Positions 23,991 through 34,035 of a stretch of DNA of 64,000 nt are shown in pieces; positions within the stretch are counted from its first letter, which is position 1, and the number at the start of each line of letters is the position of its first letter. A model generated the notes under the pieces. The model worked only from the letters and a program-made list of their open reading frames with translations, did not search any database and had not been told where the DNA came from. Both the position numbers and the translations under genes were made by a program. This stretch comes from an uncultured Thermoleophilia bacterium (GTDB lineage: Bacteria; Actinomycetota; Thermoleophilia; UBA2241): the NCBI GenBank assembly GCA_963707335.1, contig CAVPQD010000027.1:31868-95867 (forward strand). The letters are read 5' to 3'.

Positions 23991-25082
23991 TCAGTGGTCG
24001 CGCAGGAAACTCGGGATGTCCAGGACGTCCTCGTCGACCTCGAAGGACGGCTTGTTCTCCTCCGCGAACAGCGGCGTGCCGCGCGGCTCGCGTTCCTGCG
24101 CTGCCTCGCTCGGCGCCGGCTTCACGCCCTCGATCGGCCCGTCGAAGCCGGTGGCGATGACGGTCACGCGCACCTCGTCGCCGAGGGACGGGTCGATGAC
24201 GGCGCCGAAGATGATGTTGCAGTCGCTGTCGGCGGCGCTGGAGATGATCTCCGCGGCCTCGTTGATCTCGAACAGGCCGAGGTCGCTGCCGCCGGTGATG
24301 TTGAGCAGGATGCCGCGGGCGCCCTCCACGCTGGCCTCGAGCAGCGGCGAGCTGATGGCGGCGCGCGCCGCCTCGACGGCGCGGTTCTCGCCGCCCGAGA
24401 CACCGATGCCCATGAGGGCCGAGCCGGCGTCCTTCATGATGGTGCGCACGTCGGCGAAGTCCAGGTTGATGAGGCCGGGCACCGTGATGAGGTCCGTGAT
24501 GCCCTGCACGCCCTGGCGCAGCACGTCGTCGGCCACCTTGAACGCCTCGATGACCGAGGTGCGCCGCTCGACCACCTGCAGCAGGCGGTCGTTGGGGATG
24601 ATGATGAGCGTGTCGACCTTCTCGCGCAGGCTCTGGATGCCGTCCTCCGCCTGCCGCGCGCGACGCTTGCCCTCGAAGGCGAACGGCCGCGTCACGACGC
24701 CGACCGTGAGCGCGCCGAGCTCCTTGGCAAGCTCGGCGATGACCGGCGCCGCGCCCGTGCCGGTGCCGCCGCCCTTGCCCGCCGTGACGAACACCATGTC
24801 GGCGCCCTTGAGCGCGTCCCGGAGCTCGTCCTTGCTCTCCTGAGCCGCCTGATAGCCGATCGTGGGGTTCGCTCCCGCGCCCAGGCCGCGGGTGATCTTG
24901 CTGCCGATGTGGATCTTCACGTCCGCGTCGCACATCTGCAGCGCCTGCGCGTCCGTGTTGACGGCGATGAACTCCACGCCGCGCAGACCTGCGTCCACCA
25001 TGCGATTGACCGCGTTCGTGCCGCCGCCGCCGACGCCGACCACCTTGATAACAGCGAGGTAGTTCGCTGAAGCGTCCATCAT
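23991..25082 (-). CDS. ftsZ: cell division GTPase FtsZ
   Basis: ATG 25082 follows SD GGAGGG: [28 protein letters not shown]. Tubulin signature [13 protein letters not shown]. The track ORF is over-extended to 25241. Confidence 0.96.
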   Translation of the reverse strand: MMDASANYLAVIKVVGVGGGGTNAVNRMVDAGLRGVEFIAVNTDAQALQMCDADVKIHIGSKITRGLGAGANPTIGYQAAQESKDELRDALKGADMVFVTAGKGGGTGTGAAPVIAELAKELGALTVGVVTRPFAFEGKRRARQAEDGIQSLREKVDTLIIIPNDRLLQVVERRTSVIEAFKVADDVLRQGVQGITDLITVPGLINLDFADVRTIMKDAGSALMGIGVSGGENRAVEAARAAISSPLLEASVEGARGILLNITGGSDLGLFEINEAAEIISSAADSDCNIIFGAVIDPSLGDEVRVTVIATGFDGPIEGVKPAPSEAAQEREPRGTPLFAEENKPSFEVDEDVLDIPSFLRDH

Positions 25083-25258
25083 CCTGGCCACCCTCCTGTG
25101 CTGGTCGAGCCTTGCCGTCGTGGTCTTCCGAGAACCTTCAAGCTCGGCTCGAGGGTTGGCGGCGACCGTAGGACTCAGACCGAAGAACAGGCCTGATTTG
25201 CAGCGATTCTTGCCGACCGGCCGGGAGCTCGGACCCAGCATTTCCCGGCCGTGGCCTT

Positions 25259-25287
25259 AACATACTGACGCCCCTCTGGGGTGTCAA
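25259..25287 (-). promoter_or_regulatory. near-consensus promoter upstream of ftsZ
   Basis: Minus strand reads TTGACA (25287-25282), 17-nt spacer, TATGTT (25264-25259). It lies about 170 nt upstream of the ftsZ ATG in the ftsQ-ftsZ spacer. Confidence 0.55.
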
Positions 25288-25352
25288 ACACTGGGCCGTC
25301 GACCGCCCCCGGCGGGCCGTCTCGACGTCTGCTGGAGCCGCGGTCTCCACCG

Positions 25353-26315
25353 TCACTTGAGGATCGGCCTGGCCAGCACGCGGTCCGGCACGGAGACGTC
25401 GAGGAAGGTCGGCTGTCTGCCGGCGCGGCGGTAGGCGCCGAGCACCGCCTTGAGCGCCAGCGTCTTGGCCAGGGCGCGCTGCCGGTCGCCCCATCGCACC
25501 ACCAGGCCGCCGTCGACGTGCAGGGCCACGTCGCCCCGCGGCGTCACCTGCACGACCTCGACGTCGCGCCGCAGCGTGGCGGGCAGCGCCTCAACGATGT
25601 GGAGCGCCGCGCCGACGGCGGGCTGCGCCAGCGTCGCGCCCTGGCGCAGCCTGGTGTCGAGCGCAAGCCCCGGCAGGCGCAGGGTCGCGTGGGGCGGGCC
25701 CCCCTTCAGCGCGGCCGGCGGCTTCTCGACGCGCGTCACGTCCGCGGCAGCGGCGTCCGCGGCAGCGTCAGCGGCCGCCGAGGGACTCGCCGCCGCGGCG
25801 GCCGCCGTGGTGGCCTTGGGCGAGGCGGCCGCGGAGCTCCCGGCCCCGCTCGCGGCGGCGTCACCCGGGGAGCCGCCGGAGCCGGCCGCAGTACCGCCGA
25901 CGGCTGCTCCGGCGGGGCAGATCACGTAGCCGTCGTCGGCCACCACGAACCAGCCGTTGGCGCCGAGCACGTACAGGGCCGGCCGGTGCTCGATGACCCT
26001 CACCCTCAGTGTGTCGGGGAAGTCGCGGTCGACGCGCGCGCCCTCCACGTACGCCAGCGAACGCAGGGAGGCGCGCACGTCGTCGGCGGTGACCGTGAAG
26101 AGGTTCTCGCCGAGGTAGTCCGAGCGCAGGAGCCGCGCCACCTTCTGGCGCGACACGAGGTCGGTGCCGCTCACCCGCACGTGCTCGATGGTGAACGAGG
26201 GCGAGGTGCGGCCCCAGGCGTACACGATGGTGGGCAGCCCGAGGATGGCCGCCGTGAGCAGCACCGTCGGCAGCACGGGGAATCGTCGGCGGCTCGCTCC
26301 GCCCTTCTTGGCCAT
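25353..26315 (-). CDS. ftsQ: cell division protein FtsQ/DivIB
   Basis: 320 aa. TM anchor VLPTVLLTAAILGLPTIVYAW and POTRA-like IEHVRVSGTDLVSRQKVARLL. Positioned between murC and ftsZ. Contains an Ala/Ser/Gly-rich insert. Confidence 0.8.
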   Translation of the reverse strand: MAKKGGASRRRFPVLPTVLLTAAILGLPTIVYAWGRTSPSFTIEHVRVSGTDLVSRQKVARLLRSDYLGENLFTVTADDVRASLRSLAYVEGARVDRDFPDTLRVRVIEHRPALYVLGANGWFVVADDGYVICPAGAAVGGTAAGSGGSPGDAAASGAGSSAAASPKATTAAAAAASPSAAADAAADAAAADVTRVEKPPAALKGGPPHATLRLPGLALDTRLRQGATLAQPAVGAALHIVEALPATLRRDVEVVQVTPRGDVALHVDGGLVVRWGDRQRALAKTLALKAVLGAYRRAGRQPTFLDVSVPDRVLARPILK

Positions 26316-26367
26316 GGGCGCCGGGACCTTGTCGTGAACAGGGGCTACCTAGGTATTCGGCGGCGCG

Positions 26368-27763
26368 TCAGGCTTCCCCTTGCCCGCCGAGGGTGGCGAG
26401 CAGCTGCTCGCCGGCCCTGAACACGTCGCCGGCGCCCATGGTGAGCACCAGGTCGCCGGGCCGCACGCGTGTCTCCAGATGCCGGACCACGTCGCTCAGG
26501 CGCGGCAGGTAGGCGACGGGGCCGCCCGGCCGCTCGGCAAGGTAGGCGTCGACGACGAGCTTGCCGGTGACGCCCGGGCTCCGGCTCCTCGCGGGCCGGG
26601 AAGATGTCCGTGACGATCGCCTCGTCGGCCAGGGTCAGGGCATGGCCGAACTCCCGCTGCAGATAGCGCGTGCGCGAGAACAGGTGCGGCTGGAACACGG
26701 CGATGACGCGGCCGTGGTCGCCCTGACGGGCGGCGCGCAGCGTCGCCTCGATCTCGGTGGGATGGTGCGCATAGTCGTCCACCACGAGGATGCCGTCGTG
26801 CCGGCCGATCTCCTGGAAGCGTCGGGCGGCGCCGCTGAACGTCGCCAGGTGCGGCGCCGCGTCCGCCGGCTCCACGCCCGCGTGGCGCAGCACGGCGAGC
26901 GCCGTGAGCGCGTTCAGGACGTTGTGCTCGCCGGGCACGCGCAGCCGGATCCGGGCGACCTCGCGGCCGCTCTCCGACACGGTGAAGCGGCTGCCGCGGT
27001 CGCTGACCTCCTCCACCGCGCCCTGGAGGTCACCCTCGCCGATACCGACGGTGAGGACCCGCGCGGGAGTGTAGGCGGCGAGCTCCTCGCCCCCGCTCCC
27101 CGCCACGAGCACGAGCAGGCCGTGCTGCGGCAGCAGCGCCACGAAGCGCCGGAAGACCTCGCGCACGTCGTCCAGGCAGCCATAGTTGGCGTGGTGGTCG
27201 AGCTCGACGTTGGAGACGACGGCGACCTCGGGCCGCAGGTACAGCAGGCTGCCGTCGCTCTCGTCCGCCTCCGCCACGAGCCACTCGCCGGCTCCGACAC
27301 CGGCGTTCGAGCCGATGTCGTTGAGTTCGCCGCCGACGAGGAACGTCGGGTCGAGACCGCACTGGTGCAGGACGTGCGAGATCATCGAGGAGGTCGTCGT
27401 CTTGCCGTGCGTGCCGGCCACGGCGATGCCGCGGCGCATGGCCATGACGCGCGCCAGCATCTCGGCGCGGCGCAGCACGGGCAGGCCGGCGGCGCGCGCC
27501 GCGGCGAGCTCCGGATTGCGCTCGGGGATGGCGGAGGAGATGACGACCAGCGCCGCGTCGCCCAGGTTGTCGGCCTGATGGCCGATGTGCACGGCGACGC
27601 CGGCCTCCTCGAGGTGCCGCGTGTAGCGGGACGTCTTCAGGTCGGACCCGGTGACGGCCACACCGAGGCTCGCCAGCACCACGGCGATGCCGCTCATGCC
27701 GGCGCCGCCTATGCCGATGAAGTGCACCGGCTGCGGGAAGGTCTGCGCGGCGTCGTCGGTCAT
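26368..27763 (-). pseudogene. murC: UDP-N-acetylmuramate--L-alanine ligase, single frame change at 26573-26578
   Basis: HFIGIGGAGMSGIA, GTHGKTTTSSM, DDYAHHPTEI. After ...FPAREEPEPG the track frame turns to Arg-rich junk. Shifting one base restores VTGKLVVDAYLAERPGGPVAYLPRLSDVVRHLETRVRPGDLVLTMGAGDVFRAGEQLLATLGGQGEA, with the stop at 26368-26370. Confidence 0.93.
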
Positions 27764-28869
27764 CGTGCTCCTCGCTTCCTCACGATCGTCTCCATCTGGT
27801 CCACCACTCGTCGCGTGGCGTCCCGGCGGCCGAGCGCGGCGCTCGCCGCCGCCATGGCCGCCAGCCGCCGCGGGTCGCCGAGCAGCTCGTCCACAAGCCC
27901 GCCCAGCACCTCGCCGGTGAGCCCGGCGTCGTCCACGAGCAGCGCCGCGCCGCCGTCCACCATCCAGCGCGCGTTCTTGCGCTGGTGATCGGCGGTGGCA
28001 TGCGGGTACGGCACGAGGATGGCGGGCTTGCCCAGCGCCGCCAGCTCGGCCACGGAACCGCCCGACCGCGCGACGACGAGGTCGGCGGCCGCCATGGCCT
28101 GGGCCAGGCGGTCAGTGTAGGCCACCAGGCGGTAGCGCTCAAACCGCTCGCCGCGGGCCTCCAGCTCCTCGCGCACGGCGTCGTGGTTGCGCGGGCCGCA
28201 GACGTGCACCAGCTGGAAGGCCAGGTCCCTGCCGCCGAACGCGTCGGCACAGGCGCGGTTGATGCTCTGCGCCCCCTGGCTGCCGCCGAAGGCCAGCAGC
28301 ACGGGCAGATCGGCGCGCAGGCCGAAGGCCTCGCGACCCTCCTCGGGCGTGGCCTCCAGCTGCCCCGCGCGAGAGCGGCCGCCCCGTCACGACGAACTTG
28401 GGCGGCCGCAGTCCGGCGATCGGGAAGCTGAGGCAGACACGACGGACGAACGGCCGCAGCAGCCGGTTGGCGACGCCGAGGTGGGCGTCGGCCTCCAGCG
28501 CCAGGGCCGGTACGCCGCGCGCCGCCGCCAGGGCCACGACGGGACCGCTGGCGAAGCCGCCGCCGCCGACGGCGACGTCGGGGCGCACCTCGCCGAGGAT
28601 CCGCCAGGCGCGCGGCGCGGCGGCTCGCCAGCAGCCTCAGCGTCGTCAGGTGCCGCGCGGCTCGCGAGCCGGCGTTCGAAGCCCTTGAGCTCGAGCGCGT
28701 ACGTCCGGTAGTGCTCGGCGACGCGCTCGACCTGAGACGGGGTGGTGACGACGACGACGCGGGCGCCCCGGGCCACGGCCTCAGCCGCGACGGCGAGCGC
28801 CGGCTGCAGGTGCCCGCCGGTCCCCCCGGCCGCGAGCAGCGCGGTCTTGCCGTTCAGCGCTGACGACAA
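27760..28869 (-). pseudogene. murG: UDP-N-acetylglucosamine--N-acetylmuramyl-(pentapeptide) pyrophosphoryl-undecaprenol GlcNAc transferase, at least 3 frame changes
   Basis: TTG 28869 follows GGAGGAG: SSALNGKTALLAAGGTGGHLQPALAV (ORF 28387..28869). GGGGFASGPVVALAAARGVPALALEADAHLGVANRLL (ORF 28139..28588). LLAFGGSQGAQSIN...ARSGGSVAELAALGKPAILVPYPHATADHQRKNA (ORF 27760..28302). ATGA overlap with murC. Confidence 0.9.
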
Positions 28870-30228
28870 TGAAACTCCTCCGGTTGGTGGCGATGTTCAG
28901 CAGGACGCCCACGCCGGCGAGCACCACCAGCAGGCTGGTGCCGCCCAGCGACACGAGCGGCAGCGGCACACCGGTGAGCGGCAGCACGCCCAGCGCCGCG
29001 CCGATGTTGATGCAGGCCTGCCCGACGATGATCGCGGTGATGCCCGTGGCCAGCAGCTTGCCGAACAGCTCCTTGCAGTCGAGGGCGATGCGGAAACACG
29101 CCCAGGCGAGGGCGGCGTACAGCACCAGCAGCACGCACGAGGCCGATGAGGCCGAGCTCCTCGCCGATGATGCCGGTGATCATGTCGCGTGCTCTGCTCC
29201 GGCAGATAGCCGAACTTCTGCACCGAGTTGCCGAGGCCCACGCCGAAGATGCGCCCCGAGGCGATGGAGATGAGCGACTGCGTCGCCTGGAACCCCGAAC
29301 CCTGCGGGTCCTTCCACGGATCGAGGAACGTCGTCAGTCGCTCCAGACGATAGGGCTCGACGATGATCAGCGCGAGCACCACCAGGCCGCCGGCGAGGAC
29401 CAGGCCGAGGAGGTCGCGAAGGCGGGCGCCGCCGGCGACGAGCACGGCGCACACGGCGCCGACCAGCACCAGGGTCGTCCCGAGGTCCGGCTCCAGCATG
29501 ATGAGGGCGGCTGCCGGCACGATGCCGATCGCCACGAGGCGGGCGAAGCCGCGCGGCGTCGTCGACCTCCCGCGGGCGCGAGGCGATGAGCGCCGCGATG
29601 AGCATGACCGCGGCGAGCTTGGCGAACTCGCTGGGCTGCACGGACTGGCCGCCGATGAAGATCCAGCGGCGGGCGCCGTTGATGCTCGTCCCGACGCCCG
29701 GCACGAGCACGGCGGCCAGCCCGCAAAGGCGAGGACGCTGAACGGCACGGCGAGCTTGCGGTACCAGGCGTAGTCGACGCGCGAGAGGACCCACATGACG
29801 CCGAGCCCGAGTACGGCGTAGACGACCTGGCGTTGGATCAGGTAGAAGCTCGACCCGTGCTGGAAGAAGGCCTCGGCGGCCGACGCGCTGTACGCCATGA
29901 CAAGGCCGTACAGCAGCAGCAGGACGGTGATGAAGACGAGCCCGCGGCGCTCGCCGACGCCGGGGGCGAGCGCCGGGGCGGCGCGGCGGCGCACGTCCGG
30001 ATCGCGGCGCCCGCCGCTGCGCCGCTCGGCGGCGCCGCGGCGCTCGGCGGCGCGCCGCTCAGGCGCCGGCGCCTGGCCGGTCGAACGCCGGCGCGCCTGC
30101 TCGCGGCGCTCACCGCCGCGGCGCTCCGCAGCCCGCCGGTCTCCGCCGCGCCGCTCGCGCGGCGCCGTGTCATCGACCCAGTCGCTATGGTCCAGATCGG
30201 CGTTGCGGACGCCGCGGCGTGTCGTCAT
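28854..30228 (-). pseudogene. ftsW: peptidoglycan glycosyltransferase FtsW (SEDS), at least 5 frame changes
   Basis: ATG 30228 (MTTRRGV..). It has an Arg-rich N-tail and TM core pieces spread over ORFs 28897..30690, 29180..29794, 28854..29183 (MITGIIGEELGLIG) and 28781..29134 (..PLTGVPLPLVSLGGTSLLV..). The 3' end is uncertain (28854 or 28781). Confidence 0.85.
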
Positions 30229-31666
30229 CAGGGCGTGGCAGCTCCTGTTCCCCAGCTCGTTCACCAGCCTGAGGAAGTGTTCGCCCCGCTCTACGTAGTC
30301 CCTGTACTGGTCCCAGCTCGCGCAGGCCGGGCTGAGCAGCACCACGTCGCCCGGCGCCGCGCCGCGGGCCGCCACCATCACGGCCGTCTCCAGGTCGCCG
30401 CAGACCACGAAGGGCGTGGCGCGCGGCCCGGCCGCGGCCGCGCGGGCGGCGAACGCCGCCTCCAGCTGCGGCGCCGTCGCGCCGATCAGCAGGGCCTGCT
30501 GGACGCGCCCCTCGCTGGCCGCCGCCAGCTCGTCGTAGTCGGCGCCCTTGTCGTAGCCGCCGAGGATGAGGTGCACGCCGCCGCTGTAGGCGGTGAGCGC
30601 CTTGAGCGTGGCGTCGACGTTGGTCGCCTTCGAGTCGTTCACGTAGGTGACGCCGCCGACGACGCCGGCCACCTGCAGGCGGTGCGGCACGCCGCCGAAG
30701 CGTGCGCAGCGTCTCGGCGGCGGCGGCGGCGGGAGCGCCGCAGGCGCAGGCCGCCGCCGCCGCCGCCAGCGAGTTCTGCAGGTTGTGGTCGCCCTTCAGG
30801 GCCAGCTCGCCGCGGGGCAGAGATCGACGCGCTCGCCGCCGAGCCGGAGCCACAGCATGCCGCCGGCGTCGACGCCGGCGACGAGCGGCGCGCCGCCGGC
30901 GCCGTGCGTCGCGCCGGGCCGGCCGAGAACCAGCCCCGCCGGCCGCGCCCGCCGAGGCGCCCGGCCGTCGACCTCCGCCAGCAGTGCCGGGGTCGTCGGC
31001 GTTCAGCAGCGCCAGCGTCGTCCGGCCGCTGGTTCTCGAAGACCCGCAGCTTGGCGTCGACGTAGCCGCGGTAGGTGCCGTGCCGGTCGAGGTGGTCCTC
31101 CGTCAGGTTGAGCAGCACCGCGACCACGTCGGGCCGGAAGCGCTCGATGTGCTCGAGCTGGAAGCTGGAGAGCTCGGCCACGACGACGGCGTCGTCGGCG
31201 ACCTCGCCGGGCATGGCGGCAAGCGCGTAGCCGATGTTGCCGCCCACGGCCACGGGCAGACCGGCGTCGCGGAAGATGGCGCCCGGTCAGCTCCGTGGTC
31301 GTCGTCTTGCCGTTGGTGCCGGTGATGCCGACCAGCGGGTTGGGCAGGAAGCGCGCGGCGAACTCGACCTCGCTCCAGATCGGGACGCCGCGTCGCGAGC
31401 GCCTCCTGCACGACGGCGCTCTCGTCGGGCACGCCGGGGCTCTTGACGAGCAGGCCGGCGTCGTCCGGCAGCACGCGCCGCCGGCGCCGAGCAGCACCTC
31501 GACGCCGGCGGCCCTGAGCTCCGCGACGGCCTCCGTCGGGCGCGGCTCCCTCGTCGAGGGCGACGACGCGCGCCGCCGGCAGCCGGCGGCGGGCCAGCAG
31601 CGCCGCCGGCCGGCCGCTGCGGCGCAGGCCGAGCACGACCAGGCAGCGGACGTCGGCGAGCTCCAC
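30228..31666 (-). pseudogene. murD: UDP-N-acetylmuramoylalanine--D-glutamate ligase, at least 7 frame changes
   Basis: GTG 31666 (VELADVRCLVVLGLRRSG). Pieces: GVPIWSEVEFAARFLPNPLVGITGTNGKTTTTEL; AVGGNIGYALA..VVAELSSFQLE..LLNLTEDHLDRHG; YVNDSKATNVDATLKAL...LLSPACASWDQYRDYVERGEHF. There is no in-frame stop before ftsW. Confidence 0.88.
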
Positions 31667-32663
31667 GCGCCTCGCCTCTGAAGGTGGCGTAGTACACGGC
31701 GAACCCGGCGCCGGCGAAGATGGCCGCGACGATCCAGAAGCGCACGATGATCTTGGTCTCGGACCAGGCCTTGAGCTCGAAGTGGTGGTGCAGCGGCGCC
31801 ATCAGCAGCACGCGCCGCTGGAAGAGCTTGAACGAGATCACCTGGGCCATCACCGAGGCGGCCTCGACCACGAACAGGCCGCCGATGATGAGCAGCACGA
31901 GCTCGGTGCGCGTGATCACCGCCATGCCGGCGATGGCGCCGCCGAGGCCGAGCGACCCGGTGTCGCCCATGAAGACGTCGGCCGGGAACGTGTTGTACCA
32001 GAGGAAGCCCAGGCAGGCGCCGCCGACGCAGCCGGCGACGACCATGAGGTCGGTGATGCCGGGGTCGCTGGTGTTGCGGCCGATGATGAAGGCGATGCCG
32101 GCCAGCGCCACGAGGACGATGGCGGAGGCGCCGGCCGCGAGGCCGTCCAGGCCGTCGGTGAGGTTCACGGCGTTGGAGAAGCCGGCGAGCGTCAGGAAGA
32201 TGAGGGCGTAGAAGCCGATCGCGCCAAGCTCGAGCTGGTACGAGGTGAACGGCACGTCCACGGCCGTGTCGAGCCCGACGAAGTGCAGGGCGATGAAGCC
32301 GATGAACAGCGACAGGACGAGCTGCAGCAGCAGCTTGTAGCGCGCCGAGAGCCCGAGCGAGCGCTTGCGCACGATCTTGATCCAGTCGTCGGCGAAGCCG
32401 ATGACGGCGTTGCCGAGCGCGGCGATGAGGACGGTGAGCGACGCCACCGAGAAGCGGCTGAAGATCAGGTAGGGGATGAGGACGGCGAACCAGATGAGCA
32501 TGCCGCCCATGGTGGGCGTGCCTTCCTTGGTCTTGTGACCCTCCGGCCCCTCCTCGCGGATGTTCTGGCCGAACTCGTTGACGCGCAGCCAGCGGATGAA
32601 CGCCGGACCGATGACGAGCATCAGGACCATGGCGACCACGCTGGCGCCCATGGCCCTAAGCAT
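31287..32663 (-). CDS. mraY: phospho-N-acetylmuramoyl-pentapeptide transferase MraY; homology ends near 31670 and the ORF has no stop until 31287
   Basis: ATG 32663. ...GHKTKEGTPTMGG, ADDWIKI, SNAVNLTDGLDGLA, GDTGSLGLGG, APLHHHFE. The last ~125 codons are Arg/Pro-rich read-through of murD sequence. Confidence 0.9.
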   Translation of the reverse strand: MLRAMGASVVAMVLMLVIGPAFIRWLRVNEFGQNIREEGPEGHKTKEGTPTMGGMLIWFAVLIPYLIFSRFSVASLTVLIAALGNAVIGFADDWIKIVRKRSLGLSARYKLLLQLVLSLFIGFIALHFVGLDTAVDVPFTSYQLELGAIGFYALIFLTLAGFSNAVNLTDGLDGLAAGASAIVLVALAGIAFIIGRNTSDPGITDLMVVAGCVGGACLGFLWYNTFPADVFMGDTGSLGLGGAIAGMAVITRTELVLLIIGGLFVVEAASVMAQVISFKLFQRRVLLMAPLHHHFELKAWSETKIIVRFWIVAAIFAGAGFAVYYATFRGEARGARRRPLPGRARPAPQRPAGGAAGPPPAAGGARRRPRRGSRARRRPSRSSGPPASRCCSAPAARAAGRRRPARQEPRRARRERRRAGGARDAASRSGARSSSPRASCPTRWSASPAPTARRRPRS

Positions 32664-34032
32664 CGACGTCCTCTCGTGCAGGCCCTGCAGCGCCTCGGCG
32701 ACGCGCTCCAGGCGCAGCAGGCGCGAGGCCTTGACCAGGACGGCGCTGCCCGGCGGGACGAGCTCCGGCAGCGCCGCGAGGCACTCGTCGACGGTGGCGA
32801 ACCAGCGTTCGCCCGGCGCGCCGGTGAGGTAGTCGCGCGGCGAGGTCGCCGACGGCCACGAGGCGCACGCCAGCGGCGGCGCAGTGCTCGCCGACGGCGC
32901 GGTGGTAGGCCTCCGCGCCCGGGCCCAGCTCGTACATGTCGCCGAGGATGGCGACCCTCGGCCGGTCGCCGGCGATGGTCACGAGGTGGTCGACGGCGGC
33001 CTTCATGGCCACCGGGTTGGCGTTGTAGGCGTCGTTGAGCAGCAGGCCGCCGCCCGGCAGGTCGGAGACGGCGCCGCGCAGGTCGCTGAAGGCGACCTGC
33101 GCGGCGCCGGCCTTGGCCTGGTCCAGGCGATAGCCGAGCTCGACGAACGCGGCGAGGGCGGCCAGGGCGTCGTGCAGGTAGTGGCCGCCGGTGAAGCTGA
33201 AGTCGAGGGTGCCGCGGTGGCCGAAGGCGTCGACGAGCACGTGCGTGCTCTCGCCGCGGCGCTCCTCGTCGATCAGCGCGACGTCGGCCGTCTCGTCCCC
33301 GAAGGTGACGACGCGGCCGCGGTAGCGGTGCACGTGCCGGTCCAGCAGGGGCTCGTCGGCCGGGACGACGGCCGTGCCGCCCTGCAGCTCCTCGATGAGC
33401 TCGGCCTTGGCGGCGGCCACGTCCTCGACGGTGCCCGACCAGCTCGAGGTGCACGGGGGCGATGTTGGTGATGACGCCGACGTCCGGCAGCGCGATGCGC
33501 GCCAGCTCGCGGATCTGGCCGAGCCCGCGCATCGCCATCTCGACGACGACGACCTCGGTGGTCTCATCCAGCTCCAGCAGCGTGAGCGGCACGCCGATCT
33601 CGTTGTTGAGGTTGGCGCGTGGTCGCCACGATGCGGGCCACCGGGCGCAGCAGCGCCGCGAGGATGTCCTTGGTGGAGGTCTTGCCGGCGCTGCCGGTGA
33701 TGCCGACGACCCTGGCGCTCGCCCGCCGCCGGACGGCGCTCGCCAGGCTGCCCAGAGCGGCGCGCCCGTCGTCGACGACGATGCGCGCCGCGGCCGCCGG
33801 CAGCCCCGCCGCGGTCTCGGCGCGCACGACGACCGCGGCGGCGCCGGACTCGAGCGCCTGCGCGGCGTACGCGTCGCCGTCGAAGCTCTCGCCGCGCAGG
33901 CCGACGAACAGGTCGCCGCGGCGCAGCGCGCGTGTGTCGGTGCAGACGCGCGTGACGGCGGTCTGCGGGTCGCCACCCTCGAGGCGGCCGCCGCAGGCGG
34001 CCGCGACCTCGGTCGAGGGTCAGCGGCATCAC
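32656..34032 (-). pseudogene. murF: UDP-N-acetylmuramoyl-tripeptide--D-alanyl-D-alanine ligase, about 5 frame changes
   Basis: GTG/ATG 34032/34029 follows GGGGAGGA: MMPLTL. EVAAACGGRLEGG..VVGITGSAGKTSTKDILAALL (frame of ORF 33564..33827). NLNNEIGVPLTLLEL..VVEMAMRGLGQI (ORF 32621..33976). TVEDVAAAKAEL...LLNDAYNANP..AILGDMYELG (ORF 32656..34032). The C-terminus VLVKASRLLRLERVAEAL is in the mraY frame. Confidence 0.88.
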
Positions 34033-34035
34033 GCC

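Noticed and set aside
25740-30170. GC-rich short tandem repeats (FtsQ insert, FtsW N-tail, Arg/Gly tails of SecD and PcrA) as possible CRISPR or other non-coding arrays.
   Set aside because: They have no repeat-spacer architecture, are in frame within well-supported genes, and encode low-complexity peptide linkers.
31287-31666. The C-terminal 125 codons of the mraY ORF as a real extra domain.
   Set aside because: The sequence is Arg/Pro/Ala junk that exactly overlaps murD coding sequence in another frame. It is an artefact of the missing stop, not a domain.
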